Positions 36,500 through 49,531 of a DNA stretch of 64,000 bases are shown piece by piece. The translations under genes and the position numbers were made by a program. The first letter of the stretch is position 1. Each line of letters opens with the position of its first letter. This DNA is from Octopus sinensis (taxonomy: Eukaryota). The stretch covers positions 82,274,001 to 82,338,000 of the forward strand of contig NC_043001.1 of the NCBI RefSeq assembly GCF_006345805.1, written 5' to 3'. Below the pieces are notes generated by a model. It ran no database searches, was not told the origin of the DNA, and saw nothing but the letters and a program-made list of their open reading frames with translations.

Positions 36500-37672
36500 C
36501 GTGCATGTTGTTTTACTAACAAACGCCTGAAAAATGTGATGGACCCTTATCTCAACATCATCAGACTAACTTTTTTTTTCCAGTACGAATACTTACCGCA
36601 AAACTTTACAAGCAGAAGATATATTTTGCTATGTTTTTATGTCACTGCAATAATATTTTTGAAAGCGTATCTCTTAAAACATCACAATGAAAAATTTCAA
36701 TCAAAAGATAGTCTTAATTTGGAAAGAGATATAAGTTATATAAATAATATTATAAATACACGCGACAGATGCAATGACTAATGTTAGTGAAGTGTTTCCT
36801 TCAAAAAAAAATATTACTGTTGAAATACACAAGCCGTCATTTTAAATCTATCTATATATCTATATATTAGATAATTTTCCTTCTTTTTTCTTTTTGTAAA
36901 CCACTTCTTTCATGTTTTACAATAAAAAAAATGTATTTTTATAGCTAAATTCTTTTTCTAATATCAAGAGAAAGTCTTCCAATTTGTATTTGAGTTAAGT
37001 CACTTTAACTGTTAGGCCCCGACGTGAAAGAATATTAAGATATTAAGAACACCTTTGAAAAGATGAATGCAACTTATACTTTGTAATTGAATAAATATCT
37101 TCAATAAAGTTTTCAAAATATTTCCTTTTGAAATATGCGGTAGATTTTTGTCTGTCAGTTTTTCTTACGCCCATTATCTTTTGCGTCTTTCTATGTAGTC
37201 TATGTCATTCTCCCACCCCGTCACGACTTCTTTATTATCTGTCCTACACTTTCTCTTCTTTGCGGCCCCCTTCAGAGGATGTGCAAAGAAATAGCATGAA
37301 ACTTATACTTTTAGAGGCTTCGGCTTTCTTTCTGTATATCTCTCCTTTTTATTTTTCTTTCTATTAAATTTTTGTTTCCGATCTCGATTTTTTTTGTTGT
37401 TATTACATACACACAAAATGTTGAAGAAGTTACATAACTAAGAAAATACATTTGCATATATTTTAATGCATGAATGTGTTTCAAACACACATACACACAT
37501 ATTCACATATATATTGTACACATATATAGATACACCTACCCTATATGTATGTGTGTGTGTGTGTGTGTATATATATACCTTTATATGTCTGTGTATAATA
37601 TGCGTACATATACATATATATAAGTATTTACATGCGTGTGTGTGTATATATATGCATGTTGATATATATATA

Positions 37673-38430
37673 CGCGATCAGTTTAAAACGTATCTGACTT
37701 TATTCTTTTCTGTCGAACTTAATGCCGCGCGGACGAAATCGTTTGGGTAGAAAGTGATGCACCCTTGATGCGCAAGCTGGAAAATTTTCGCGCCAGTTTG
37801 CGACTGTTACGCTCAGGTTATAGACGTACAATGCGCGCTCGGCGGATTTTCGTTTTCACGCAAGATGACGGAATGCATCGAACAGAGATCATAAACCCAT
37901 GTCTCATCACCAGCGATGATGGTCTCCGTGTAATCCGACTCATGGTTTGCACAGTCTGGCATGTCCTGAGCGTTTTCCATGCTAAGTTGTTTCTGTTGCT
38001 TCGCCAGCACTTTGAGGACTAATTTCACTAACACTCCCAGCATACATAAAGCTTCCGTTAAAATGGAATGCACTGATCCTGTACTTACTCTCATTTCGTG
38101 AGTAATCTCCTGGATTGTTATACACCGGTCTTCCATTATTATTCGCCGAACCTTCTCAATCATCTCTTCGTTTCAGCTTGTGGATGGCCTACCTGGACGT
38201 GCCTCACTTTCCAATGAGATTCTACCATGTTCGAATCGGTTGCACCACTCCTTGATCTGAGTATTATCGATCGCTAAAAGCCTTCTGGATGGTTAGAGGT
38301 TTGGTGTAACCAAGCTTTTGGCAAGCCTTAGTGTAATATTTCTGCTTGATGCGTCCGGTGAAAACGAAAATCCGACGAACGCGTACGGCATGTCTATGCT
38401 CTAGGCAAAACAGCCGGGAACTGACGTGGA
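37673..38430. mobile_element. Mariner derivative with two inward-facing 5' ends
   Basis: Plus arm: TIR-like end, 5' UTR and MTECIEQR (ATG 37865); minus arm: the same 5' UTR, IEKVRRIIMEDRCITI...IIAGDETWVYD. Confidence 0.7.
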
Positions 38431-38504
38431 TTTTACCCACTCAGCATTAGGTTTGGCGGGGTAATGGCTTTGTTCATATACGAGCAAAGCCATACTAGGA
38501 AGAA

Positions 38505-38750
38505 TCATTGAAACGAATCGATGATAAAGCATTGTGAGGCCTTTATATGGTTCTTGAGCCCCACCGAAGATTTGCACATTTTATTGCATAATGTACAGTT
38601 GTGCAGGCTAGCAGACGAAACCGATGCCACAGTATGAATTATTTTGACAAGTCTTTTTAATCCTCCAAATGAACGGTGCACCTTTCCAGAGGTTTCACAT
38701 ATTCTGTTGTGAATAGTAGCTGTGTCATAATTTACAAGGGTTCCATCCAT
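38505..38750 (-). mobile_element. RTE-like 3' fragment with two C2H2-like fingers
   Basis: ICETSGKVHRSFGGLKRLVKIIH and NCTLCNKMCKSSVGLKNHIK. Confidence 0.55.
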
Positions 38751-39154
38751 GTGGCTTCTTTGATAGCTGAACAGGCTTGCATGATTTCAGTATTTTCTCT
38801 TACAAATCATACAAGCAAAAATCGATACACTTTCATTTTTCTATATATATACACATATATATCCCATTGCTTACGTATATAAGGGTCTATTTAAAGCTGA
38901 ATCCGTGTGAGTTTCTATTCATTCTTGCTCGTCAGTCGCTTGAGCCAAGATAACGAAACACTCGGAGAAATGACAACGTATGCAGATACCCCTCAGATAT
39001 TCCACTCAATTTTACAGCACCGAGTGCTTTTTCGCTTCGTTAGAAATCACTCCAGTGTGAAACCAATATCTATCTCACTGTACATATATATATATATATG
39101 TATGTATGTTTGTATGTATATATACACATATATGTATGTATGTATATGTTTATT

Positions 39155-39179
<25 letters not shown>

Positions 39180-39186
<7 letters not shown>

Positions 39187-39900
39187 AATATGTTTGTGCA
39201 GATTTGTTTTTTTATGTATATATTCTCATGCATATAGTTGCATATCTAGATATGCTCATATATATTCAAATGATAAACTTCTGGAAAGTTTTACAGATTT
39301 TTACAGTTCCTGTGATGGATTAGATGTTTAGACTTCGGATTAGCTTTCCCCTTTCTGGTTTTGAGAAGTCTAATTTCTCAAGATTGGTATTTAAGCAGTT
39401 TGATACATATTTCAGGGCCTCAATAATTACAGGTATAAACCTGAACTTGTAATCTGGATAGAATAACTCAATAGTTCAGTATGTGTTCAGTGGGCAGCTA
39501 ATTTCCACAACTGTCCACATTTCTCTTCTCTATCTCAAATCCTCATATCAGGTCTGTTATGCTTACATTTTATTACGGTCTTCACTGGTACATTCCACCA
39601 GTATTCCTTTTCATTATGAGTGGCTATGGCTTCTACCATATTGTGGTTCTTATTTCTGTATCCTCGGGATCATCCTTCCGACGGATTTCGTTATAGAGTG
39701 TCCTAGCTACAACGTAGATAATACCGTGATCACATTTTTGGACAACTGCTTACGACCTGTGTGATATCTTCAGTGTGAACTCCACAAAGTTTGCATCGGC
39801 TGTCACACTTTACGTCCTTACTTGCATCTCTGTCCGTTTTGTGCATCAGGTGCTTGGTTCATATTTCCTGTTCCTGGATTGCAAACGCATACCCTTCAAA
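39180..39900 (-). mobile_element. R4/Dong-like LINE 3' fragment (restriction-like endonuclease region)
   Basis: EGYAFAIQEQEI, CKLCGVHTEDITQVVSSCPKM, EYWWNVPVKT..CKHNRPD, YPDYKFRFIPVII; with stops. Confidence 0.78.
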
Positions 39901-39972
39901 GTGGTATGTATGTATGTATGTATGTATGTATGTATGCATGTATGTATGTATGTATGTATGTATGTGTGTGTT

Positions 39973-40003
<31 letters not shown>

Positions 40004-40194
40004 TATACGTCCCTGTGTGTTTATGTATGTATGTATATGTATATATATATATATATAATATATATATATATAAATAAATAAATATATATTATATATATAT
40101 ATGTATTATAATATATATATATATTATAATATATATCTAATATATATTATATATATATATTATATATATATAATATATTGTATATATATAAATA

Positions 40195-40246
<52 letters not shown>

Positions 40247-40291
40247 AATAAATATATATATATTATATATATATATATAATATATTTATAT

Positions 40292-40327
<36 letters not shown>

Positions 40328-40829
40328 AAGGTGTTGGTAACGCTAAGTAAGTGCCTATGGATAGACCATGGTAAGCTCCAGTTCGATAATGATACGAATG
40401 AGGAGTCCAACTTGGGTCAAGTATTAGCATGCATATATAAATTGACAGAATGAGATATAAAATTCAAGGCTGTAAATAGTTTTCAGAACATTTATAAAGA
40501 ATTATTATATATATACATACATATGCATACGAGCTTCTACACATACAACTATATGCATTCAAATTTTTAGAGGCATGAATATTCATTTACTTATACAGGT
40601 GCACTGAAGCCTGAATTTTTCTTTACCCCTTGGTTTTGTTTACATGTAGATGTGTCTCCATAAGAATGTATGTGTATGTGTAAAGTCTAGAAAGTGGTGC
40701 TTGAAAGATATAGGTCATGAAAATCTGAACAAGAAATTATCCCTAATGTATGTTTGGTTGGATTTTGCGTTTAGTGTATTAACAAAATATATTTGGTTCA
40801 AATTTTGGCACTAGGCAGGCAGTTTTAGG

Positions 40830-41007
40830 GAAGGGACTTAGTCGATTACATTGACCCCAGTGCTCAACTGGTACTTATTTTATCGACTCCGAAAAGATCA
40901 AAGGCAAAGTCGACCTCGGCGAAATTTGAACTCAGAACGTGAAGACGGACGAAATGCTGCTAAGCATTTTGCCTGGTATGCTAACTATTCCGCTAGATCG
41001 TCGCCTC
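40830..41007 (-). mobile_element. SINE family D
   Basis: Matches the 15290 copy; further fragments at 43735-43870 and 51200-51290. Confidence 0.8.
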
Positions 41008-41019
41008 ATGCATTAACAA

Positions 41020-41368
41020 GGATCTTTACCTTTTGACCGACAGATTTAAAAAATAATTTTTTGTGACTAAACACTTTCAAACTTCAGACATTGGTAGAAT
41101 GTGTCATATAAAACATATACACCGCCGGAAGTTGTTGTTGACAAACAGCAGCTGTAATTTTATCCAGCTGAATACACATCATTGATTAGTTGAAATTTCC
41201 GAAATACGACATCTTTAACAACAAATAACTTCCAAAATACAGAATTTTCTCAACAACGCCAAGAGTAAAAGATGTTTTATGTGATACATTCTACAAGTAT
41301 ACGAAGTTTGAAAGTGTTTAGTTACAAAAAATTATTTTTTAAATCTGTCGGTCAAAAGGTAAAGATTT
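41020..41368. mobile_element. 349-bp Mutator-like MITE
   Basis: ~95-bp TIRs (ATCTTTACCTTTTGACCGACAGATTTAAAAAATAATTTTTTG...) and 9-bp TSD CATTAACAA (41011-41019, 41369-41377). Confidence 0.88.
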
Positions 41369-41799
41369 CATTAACAAATATATTGAAGTTTCTGGGTTAA
41401 ATTAAAAGACAAGGTGTCCAGAATTAAAGTCACCCTCAACTTACACCATTGAAAGTGTAACACTGGAAGAAAATTTCATTTAAAAATGTGCGGTTTTTCA
41501 GAAAGTTATGAAGAAATAAAGATGTCCGTATACATATCTGTTGCTATGCCTGATAATTTAGCCTTTATCAAATTACCCAATGCGGGACAAATTATACTTC
41601 GAAAGTCAGCTGTCATATGACGGGCGGTATCCTGAAAAAAAAAGTCACGTTTTTAGCTAGGATAAAGTCACGCTTTTAGCTAGGAAAATGTCACGTTTTA
41701 TTTAAGTGCTATAAATAATTATGACTGTGTGGTAAGAAGCTTGCTTCTGAAACTTATGGTTCTGAGGCCCTTGCTCGAAACTCTCGGCCCTTGAATAAC

Positions 41800-42017
41800 T
41801 TTATTGACTGCGACCATGCTGGAATAACACCGCTTTTAGTCGAACAAATCGACTCCAGGTCTTATTCTTTGTAAGCCTAGTACTTATTCTATCGGTCTCT
41901 TTAGCGAAACCGCTAGATTATGGGGACGTAGACACGCCAATATCGGTTGTCAAGCGATGGTGGGGGAATAAACACAACCAAACACATACACGCACATATA
42001 CATATTTGCATACATGA

Positions 42018-42088
<71 letters not shown>

Positions 42089-42255
42089 CGACGGACTTCT
42101 TTCAGTTTCCTTCAACCAAATCCACTCACAAGGCATTGGTCAGCCTGAGGCGAGAGTAGAAGATACTTGTCCAAGGTGCCCACGTAGCGGGACTGAAACC
42201 AAAACCATGCGGTTGGTGAGCAGGCTTCTTACCACACAGCCACTCCTGCGCCTAC
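41800..42255 (-). mobile_element. SINE family A
   Basis: Direct match to family A. Confidence 0.85.
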
Positions 42256-42285
42256 GCACATACATGTGTGTGTGGTGTGTGTGTG

Positions 42286-42332
<47 letters not shown>

Positions 42333-42779
42333 TATGGGTTAATACTTCAACAAGTAGAAAACACTCGATCAGCTAAGAAAGTAAAGATAATCTTATAATA
42401 AAAACTACTAATCTTGTAAATACTGCTACTGAGAGTTCCCTGGTCGAAATAATAAATTATTTTGCCATTTATCATGTTGAAAACAAGACCGTTTGTCAGT
42501 TGTCGTTTGAGCTGGTAGTGTTTAAACAAGAAACACTGGTAAAGAAGAGAAGAAGAAAAACACAAGGGAATTAACCAACATTACAATAATTCGATGACAA
42601 GCAGACATTAACACAGTATTTATGGTTTACTAAGTGTCTGGTGGCCTACTTTTAAATCCCGATGTATTTCTTGAAATGCGGACATGCAGAAAAAAAAATT
42701 CAAACTGCGAATTTTCGTTTTCGTTGGAGGCTATCAAGTTTTTTTTAAGAGATACAGAACATACTGAACATTTTGGAGG

Positions 42780-43115
42780 CCCGTTAAGTAACGGATGACA
42801 TGTAGAGACAAATCTAAATGTTCTGCAGGACAGTAGTGCGATATATCTTCCGTTGTTTATGGAGCACAACTTTCGGCAAACTACGACAATGGTCATACAG
42901 ATATAAAGCGTTTTATCGGAGCTGTGGACGGAGAGTTTAAATGCAGATAAAACAACCATCTTTCGAATTTTAAGTAGTGTGATAGAGACATTCAACAACC
43001 CTTTCGTCTATAATCTGTAAACTTGAAGATCAAGGCACCAGTTTGGCCATCAAATGGATAATCGTCTCCAAAACCAGATCCTATATTAACGGGTCCAAAA
43101 AGTGAAAACTTGAAC
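42780..43115 (+). pseudogene. Decayed Penelope GIY-YIG relic
   Basis: KRFIGAVDGEFKCR*NNHLSNF and KLEDQGTSLAIKWIIVSKTRSYINGSKK resemble the YIG...NH..SF and W.LK...IKW.I..Y..GSK.C blocks of the 2041 ORF. Confidence 0.6.
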
Positions 43116-43439
43116 AAAAAAATGTGTGTGTGTACGCGCGCATGTGTATGTGCGCGAGCGTGTGTGTGCGCACGCAAAGTCAAAGAAATTGTCGGAAAGA
43201 CACAACCTAGTACAAAAGGTTATAATGCTTTTATATACATTTCAAGTTCTCCCTTCGTGCCATTTCTTTTGCAGGTATGTTTATACCTCCACTATTAGTT
43301 ACCATAGAAATAACAAAGAAGACCTTTATCCCCAGTCCGAAAGGCTGTTTCATAACACTTATCCATGCGGTGCTCCAGAAATATCGCTACTGAAATCAAA
43401 AGCAGTATAGTGATTTTTGGTATATATATATATATATTA

Positions 43440-43485
<46 letters not shown>

Positions 43486-44065
43486 GACGGACTTCTTTCA
43501 GTTTCCGTCAACTAAGTCCACTCACAAGGAATTTGTTCGGCCCGAGGCGATAGTAGAAGATATTTGCTCAAGGTAGTGATTTCTGGTAAGATATACTGAA
43601 GATATGCAATGTTTTCCAAGTTTATTGGCGCACAGATTTTACGTTTAATTCCTTTTCGATACAAGTATCTTATTTGTTTCTACTCAACCAACATCTATAT
43701 TTCAATATCATCAATTATATTTATTTCTTGTCAGGCAGCAAGGTGGTAGAAATGTTTGTACGCTGGCAAATTCCTTAGCGGCCTTTCTTTCGGTTCTACG
43801 TTTCGAGTTCAAATTCTTCCGAGATCACCTTTGCCTTTCATCCTTTGAGGGTCAATAAAATAATAACTACATAGATAGGCATGCATGCTTGTATGTATGT
43901 ATGTATGTATGTATGTATGTATGTATGTATGTATGTATGTATGTATGTATGTATGTATGCATGTATGTGTGTGTGTGTGTATGCATCCATGTATGTATGT
44001 ATGTATGTATGTATGTATGTATATATGTATGTACGTGTGTATGTATGTATGTATGTGTGTGTGTG

Positions 44066-44097
<32 letters not shown>

Positions 44098-44156
44098 TGT
44101 ATGTACATGTGTATGTATGTACGTACGTATTTATGTATGTGTATGTGTGATGTGAG

Positions 44157-44540
44157 TAGGCGCGGACGTGGCTGAGTGGTATGAAGCTTGCTCCCCAACC
44201 ACATGGTTTCGGATTCAATCCCACTGCGTGGCACCTTGAATAAGTGTCTTCTACTATAGCCTAGGGCCGAACAAAGCCTTGTGAGTGAATTTGGTAGACG
44301 GAAACTGAAAGAAGCCTGTCGTATGTGCATGTATGTATATATCTGTGGGTGTGTCTTTGTGTCTGTGTTTGCCCCCCTCGCCACCTCCACCTCACCCTAC
44401 CGGTTGACAATCGATAGAATAAGTACCAAGCTTTAAAAAGACATATCATTGGGTCGATTTGTTTGACTAAAAACACAGTTAAATGCGGTGCCCCAGCATG
44501 GTCGCAGTAAAATGACCGAAAGACGTAAAAGATAAACGAT
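44157..44540 (+). mobile_element. SINE family A
   Basis: Head, body and tail GCGGTGCCCCAGCATGGTCGCAG. Confidence 0.82.
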
Positions 44541-44667
44541 AGTATTTTTATACCGCTATAGCGTTTCAACAATGAGATTCCGATAAACAGTATTCCAAAA
44601 GTTACTCACATACACAACAGACGCACGTACACTTACCCAATACATATACCCAATCAAAACACAGTCA

Positions 44668-44872
44668 TTTACTTGTTTCAGTCTTTTGACTGCAGCCATG
44701 TGGGAGCACCACCTTTAGTCGAGTAAACCGACCCCAGGACTTATTCTTTGTAAGCCCAGTAATTATTCTATCGATGTCATTTGCCGAACTGCTAAGTTAC
44801 GGGGACGTAAACACACCACCATCGGTTGTCAAGCGATGTTAGGGGACAAACACTGACCCACACACATAGAAT

Positions 44873-44903
<31 letters not shown>

Positions 44904-45148
44904 ATACACACACATACACGACTGGATTCTTTCAGTTTCCGTCTACTAAATCCACACACACATACATACATATACATATATACGACGGGCTTCTTTCACT
45001 TACCGTCTACCAAATCCACTCACAAGACTTTGGTCGGCCCTAGGCTATAGTAGAAGACATTTGCCCAAGGTGCCACGCTGTGGGACTGAACCTGGAACCA
45101 TGTGGTTGGTAAGCAACCTACTTACCACACAGCCACTCCTGCGCCTAT
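44668..45148 (-). mobile_element. SINE family A with an internal duplication
   Basis: The CGAC.GG..TCTTTCA...CCGTCTAC block occurs twice (about 44918 and 44982). Confidence 0.82.
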
Positions 45149-45282
45149 TATACATACGACATACACACGGCATATATCCAAACATACACACACAACGTAC
45201 ACACAAACAACACACAGCATACAGACACACAACACACACACACACACGCACACACACACACACGCACGCACACACACACACG

Positions 45283-45349
<67 letters not shown>

Positions 45350-46207
45350 CAAGATTGATAGTGAACATGTAAGGTCTGTCACTTTTACTTCCGGCTTTTA
45401 AATTAACCAAAGCCACACTGGTTGGTTAGACACCAATAGAAGGTCGTAAACGTTTCCAACAATTTTCTTTTAACGCTTCTGTCTGACAATAAACCCTCAT
45501 GAGAAGCGAGATTCGGGCAAAAGAAACGGGTTATGGGCTTCGCATTAGAACAGTCAGTCTGCTATTATTTGTATTTCCAGAATATTCCTATGGCTGTTTG
45601 GTTACATATAATAGGGCAATGGGAATTATTAGTATTATAATGAATCGGAGGTTCAAACTAGCAATAAAACAAAATTAAAGAATTCAGTAAAACCCGTTTT
45701 GTTCTCTCTTTATCATACACGAACATGAATAGAATTTATACTCACGCTCACACAGACTTGCTCTCTCATGGACATTCACAAACGCGCACACGCACAATAC
45801 ACACAATACATACACACACACATGCACATATACATAAGTGTATAAATATATAGATGCACACATATGTATATGAGTAAGTATATATATATATATATAATTT
45901 TAATCCAAACGGGAAACAAAAAAACAACAACAATGGAACAATTACAGTATTATTATTAATAGGCGCTCAGGAAAAGGAAGCAGGGAGGTATATATATATA
46001 TATAATATATATATATATATGTGTGTGTATGTGTGTATATAGTCTGTGTGTGTATGCATATATGGATATATATATATATATATATATATGTATATTTATA
46101 TGTATGTGTATATATATATATATATGTGTGTGTGGTGTGTGTGTGTGTGTGTGTCCGTGTGTGTTCTTGTGTATATGTGCGAATACACGTGTATATATAT
46201 ATTGATT

Positions 46208-46263
<56 letters not shown>

Positions 46264-47138
46264 TTACAAAGACGTGTGTCTCTTTTTTATCCATCAATAT
46301 ATATGTACGCCCGTTTGTCTTTTGAGCGTGTGAGAATATAATAATTCTCGTCTGTGAGCCTGTCTGTGACTGCGTGTGAATATACTTTTCTACGTCACCT
46401 GTAATTCTGAATGACAGCATGAGCGCGCGCACATGGTTTGCGTGTGTATGTATGTATGTACGAGTGATTGCTAATCTATCTGCTTTGTGAAGATATCTTA
46501 TTTATTTTCTCCTCCAAACACGAATCGTATTTCTATTACTACACAAATACCTAAGAGCCAACGAGGAAATAGCCACGCGGTAGCTCGCTCGGCTATAATA
46601 CAGAGCAGCCAAATCTGCCTCAAATCACACAGTTAATTGCCGATTATCCGGTATCATTGGAACTTGGAGAGTACCGGATTAGCGATTATCGATTGTTTCT
46701 TTGACTCACTGTTAGCAACGAAACGGAGTAACTAGTCTTTTTGGTTTTTTTATGTTGTAAACTGTCGTAGATCTAACTTTGTATAATTCACACAATCTTT
46801 TCACAGACACACCGCTGTCAAGTTTCTTCAACAGTTCAACTCTTTTTTTATGGACAATGCACAGTGTTTATGTTCTATACCATGAGAAGCATTTCTTTTA
46901 TGCACTGGAACCATGGCTGGGGCTGAAAGGGAAAAAGGTACAATACTAAATGAAAGAAAAAATCCCGAAAAGACTTGCCTTTGTTGACAAATGATGCGGG
47001 TGTGTTTACGCAGCAAGTACAAATCTACCAAATCCACTCACAAAGCTTTGGTTGGCCCAAGGCCATAGCAGAAGACATTACCGTCGTGCCATGCAGTAGG
47101 ACTGAACATGGAGTCTTGTGGTGGGGAAGAAAGTTTCA

Positions 47139-47430
47139 CAGCTGGCTAACGACACACATTCTGTGTCCGATTAGTATTTTCGGGTCGCTAGAAAAAATAT
47201 ATAGTAATTTGCGAGTGGAATGAGCTTCCATCACAAGCATGTGATTAACACACGCTGAAGACGTGTAACCACTCAGAAACTCAAGTCCGTGTGTATCACG
47301 TGAGGCTAGAGATGGGAGTGATGACCTCTCCTCGCAAATACTAATCGGACACAGAATGTGTGTCGTTAGGCAGCTGCAGGAGATGTCTTCCTGGGGCTAT
47401 AAACATCAGTAGCACTGTCCTGTATAGGCG
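47139..47430 (+). mobile_element. Small element with a central HHR and an inverted copy of its tail
   Basis: 41-bp inverted repeat with 1 mismatch (47139-47179/47336-47376); HHR-like 47248-47294; right boundary uncertain. Confidence 0.7.
47248..47294 (+). ncRNA. Type I hammerhead ribozyme with a defective-looking stem II
   Basis: ACACACG-CUGAAGA-CGUGUAACCACUCA-GAAAC-UCAA-GUC-CGUGUGU; perfect 7-bp stem I. Confidence 0.65.
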
Positions 47431-47459
47431 ACCACACTTAGTTGGCAAACTTTTGTTAC

Positions 47460-48110
47460 GGTATATATACGCGTGTGCATGTATTCATAGAAAGAATTTC
47501 AGATGAAGAACATTTGGAGTGTCTTACCGATTTTCATTTTGCCGCTAATAGATTAAATTTGGAAGATGGTGCTAGTTCCTTTTGCTCCTTCTTGGAAAAA
47601 AACAACCTTGCATTTTATGGGTCTTTTGTGTGCAAATCTGCAGATATATAGCCTAATGCATCTGTGATGATAGGTACATATGAAAATTTATAGCCAGGGT
47701 ACAAGTGTTTTAAGTTCTGTGTTAGTTCACGATAAATGTTCTCATTTCCTTAAATTTTGATGGGATGTTTACATCTGCAAGGCAGCTGACTTCTACAACG
47801 GTGTGTAACTTTTGTTCCCTGTCCTACAGAAGAATATCTGGTCAGTCATGTTTGCATGGACTGCAGTTTTTATTGATATATTCCCCCAGTATTCCTTGCT
47901 TTTAAAGGTGTAAATACATTCTGGTTCTGACATGCCTTTAATATATTTATTCAGCAGGGAAATCTTTCCTACGGATAGCACACTTAATAGTTTTTGTAAC
48001 TATATCATATCTCCCTGGTAGGTAGTATCTCGTAGACATTTTTTAGGGCAACTGCTGATGATGTGGGTGATATCTTCAACCCTGGTATAGCATAGCCAAT
48101 ATTTTGCATC
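47460..48110 (-). mobile_element. Second R4/Dong-like RLE fragment
   Basis: VEDITHIISSCPK, EYWGNISIKTAV, VVEVSCLADVNIP, LYPGYKFSYVPIITDALGY. Confidence 0.72.
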
Positions 48111-48209
48111 ACAACGTGACACTTTTGTTTCTGTTGTTTATCCATTATTTAGCAGATATCTCCTCTCCCTGGATAGCGAGTAAAAAAAAACGTTAAAGGG
48201 TAAAAACTC

Positions 48210-48537
48210 CCTTTGGTTATGAATGGCTATAGGATTACACTAAGAAGCTTCCTCTCCAAAGAACAAGTGCGAGCAAGGTTGTTTATGGAAGACCAGCAAA
48301 TGTCCATGCGTACCAGCCTCTCCTCTCCATGCCAATGTTATCCGAGGGAAAGGCAAAGGCTGATACAACTTGGCACCAGTGATATGGCAACTCAGTTTCT
48401 ACAACCGAGTGAACTAGAGCTACGTGAAAATAAAGTGTCTTGCCCATGTGCACAGCGTACAACCTGGTCCAGGAATCGAACTTATTACCACATGGTTGTG
48501 AACCTGACGCTCTAACCACTGAACCATGCGCCTTCAC
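48210..48537 (-). mobile_element. SINE family C
   Basis: TGAAGGCGCATGGTTCAGTGGTTAGAGCG...AAGTTCGATTCC, then GGGCAAGACACTTTATTTTCAC core. Confidence 0.78.
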
Positions 48538-49195
48538 ATATCTTTCTAGATTGAATGTAATGTATCTATCACAGCTCCAGGAGAAGCTACTCCATCTGAT
48601 CAGTTCAGTCCAGCTTCCTTTGAGTCATGTGAAACTGTTGCATACTTAGAGTGTCTAAGTTCTTGTCCCAAACCTGAAAATGTTGTTGTTCTCATTTTTA
48701 AGTATGCATATAATGAATTCGTTTCTTTCTTTACTGTTCAGCAGGTATTGTGTGCGATAAAATGCGACATTCAAAAGCTGCATCTGTGTGTGTATGTATG
48801 TATGTGTATATGTATGTGGTATGTATGTATGCATGCATGTTTGTATGTTTTTGTATGTATATATGTGTATGTGTGTGTTTGTGAGTGTATGTATGTATAA
48901 TCTCTTTTCTTTTTCCTATCATAGCTTAATCCTTTCTGTGTAAATGAAAGTCTTATATCAGCAAACTATTTTGAAGTACGGTCTTTTGTAAAAAAAACAA
49001 AAAAAACTCTTAATAACTATAAGCTTGTTCCTAGACATTCTTATGTCTTCCCCACTTTTGATGTTTTACAATATTTTTTTATAATAAAAATTCTTAGAAT
49101 TTATACAGTCATCTTTAGGTATCTACAGACTTTGTTCGATATTTATATTTTAATCTTTAAAATAAATGACTCGGTACTAATGCATAGAATAAAGT

Positions 49196-49531
49196 TATGT
49201 ATATCTTACTTAACATGAATATACTGTAGAAAGCCAGAACACTCCAGTATTCGTCTCGAGAAAGCATCTCGTATAGACGTAAAGTGCTAAAAATGAATAG
49301 AAGTATATTAATACAAGACAGAATGCATCCAACATCGGTGATGGAAGATGACGCTCAATGAAGCAGAAATCTAAATTTAGCAATTCAACCGCCGTTGCTA
49401 GACGCCTTTCGTCTGCTACTGATGTATTTCAGTGACTTTTAGCACTATATGTCTACACAAGGTGCTTTTTCGAGACGAATGTCGCAGTTTTCTGACTTTC
49501 AACTGTATATCCATGTTAAGTGAGATTTACA
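49196..49531. mobile_element. Foldback element with ~100-bp inverted arms; a related single arm lies at about 3830-3930
   Basis: ATCT.ACTTAACATG.ATATAC.G..GAAAG.CAGAA...ATTCGTCTCGA.AAAGCA...GTGCTAAAA and its reverse complement. Confidence 0.7.

Noticed and set aside
38900-38945. CTGACGA...GAAAC on the minus strand
   Set aside because: No pairing stem II and no cleavage triplet or stem I partner; at best a truncated relic.
42992-43100. GFGDDYPFDGQTGAL resembling the matrix metalloprotease HGD.YPFDG motif
   Set aside because: It lacks the metal-binding His and the following AHA, and is the antisense of a Penelope GIY-YIG relic.
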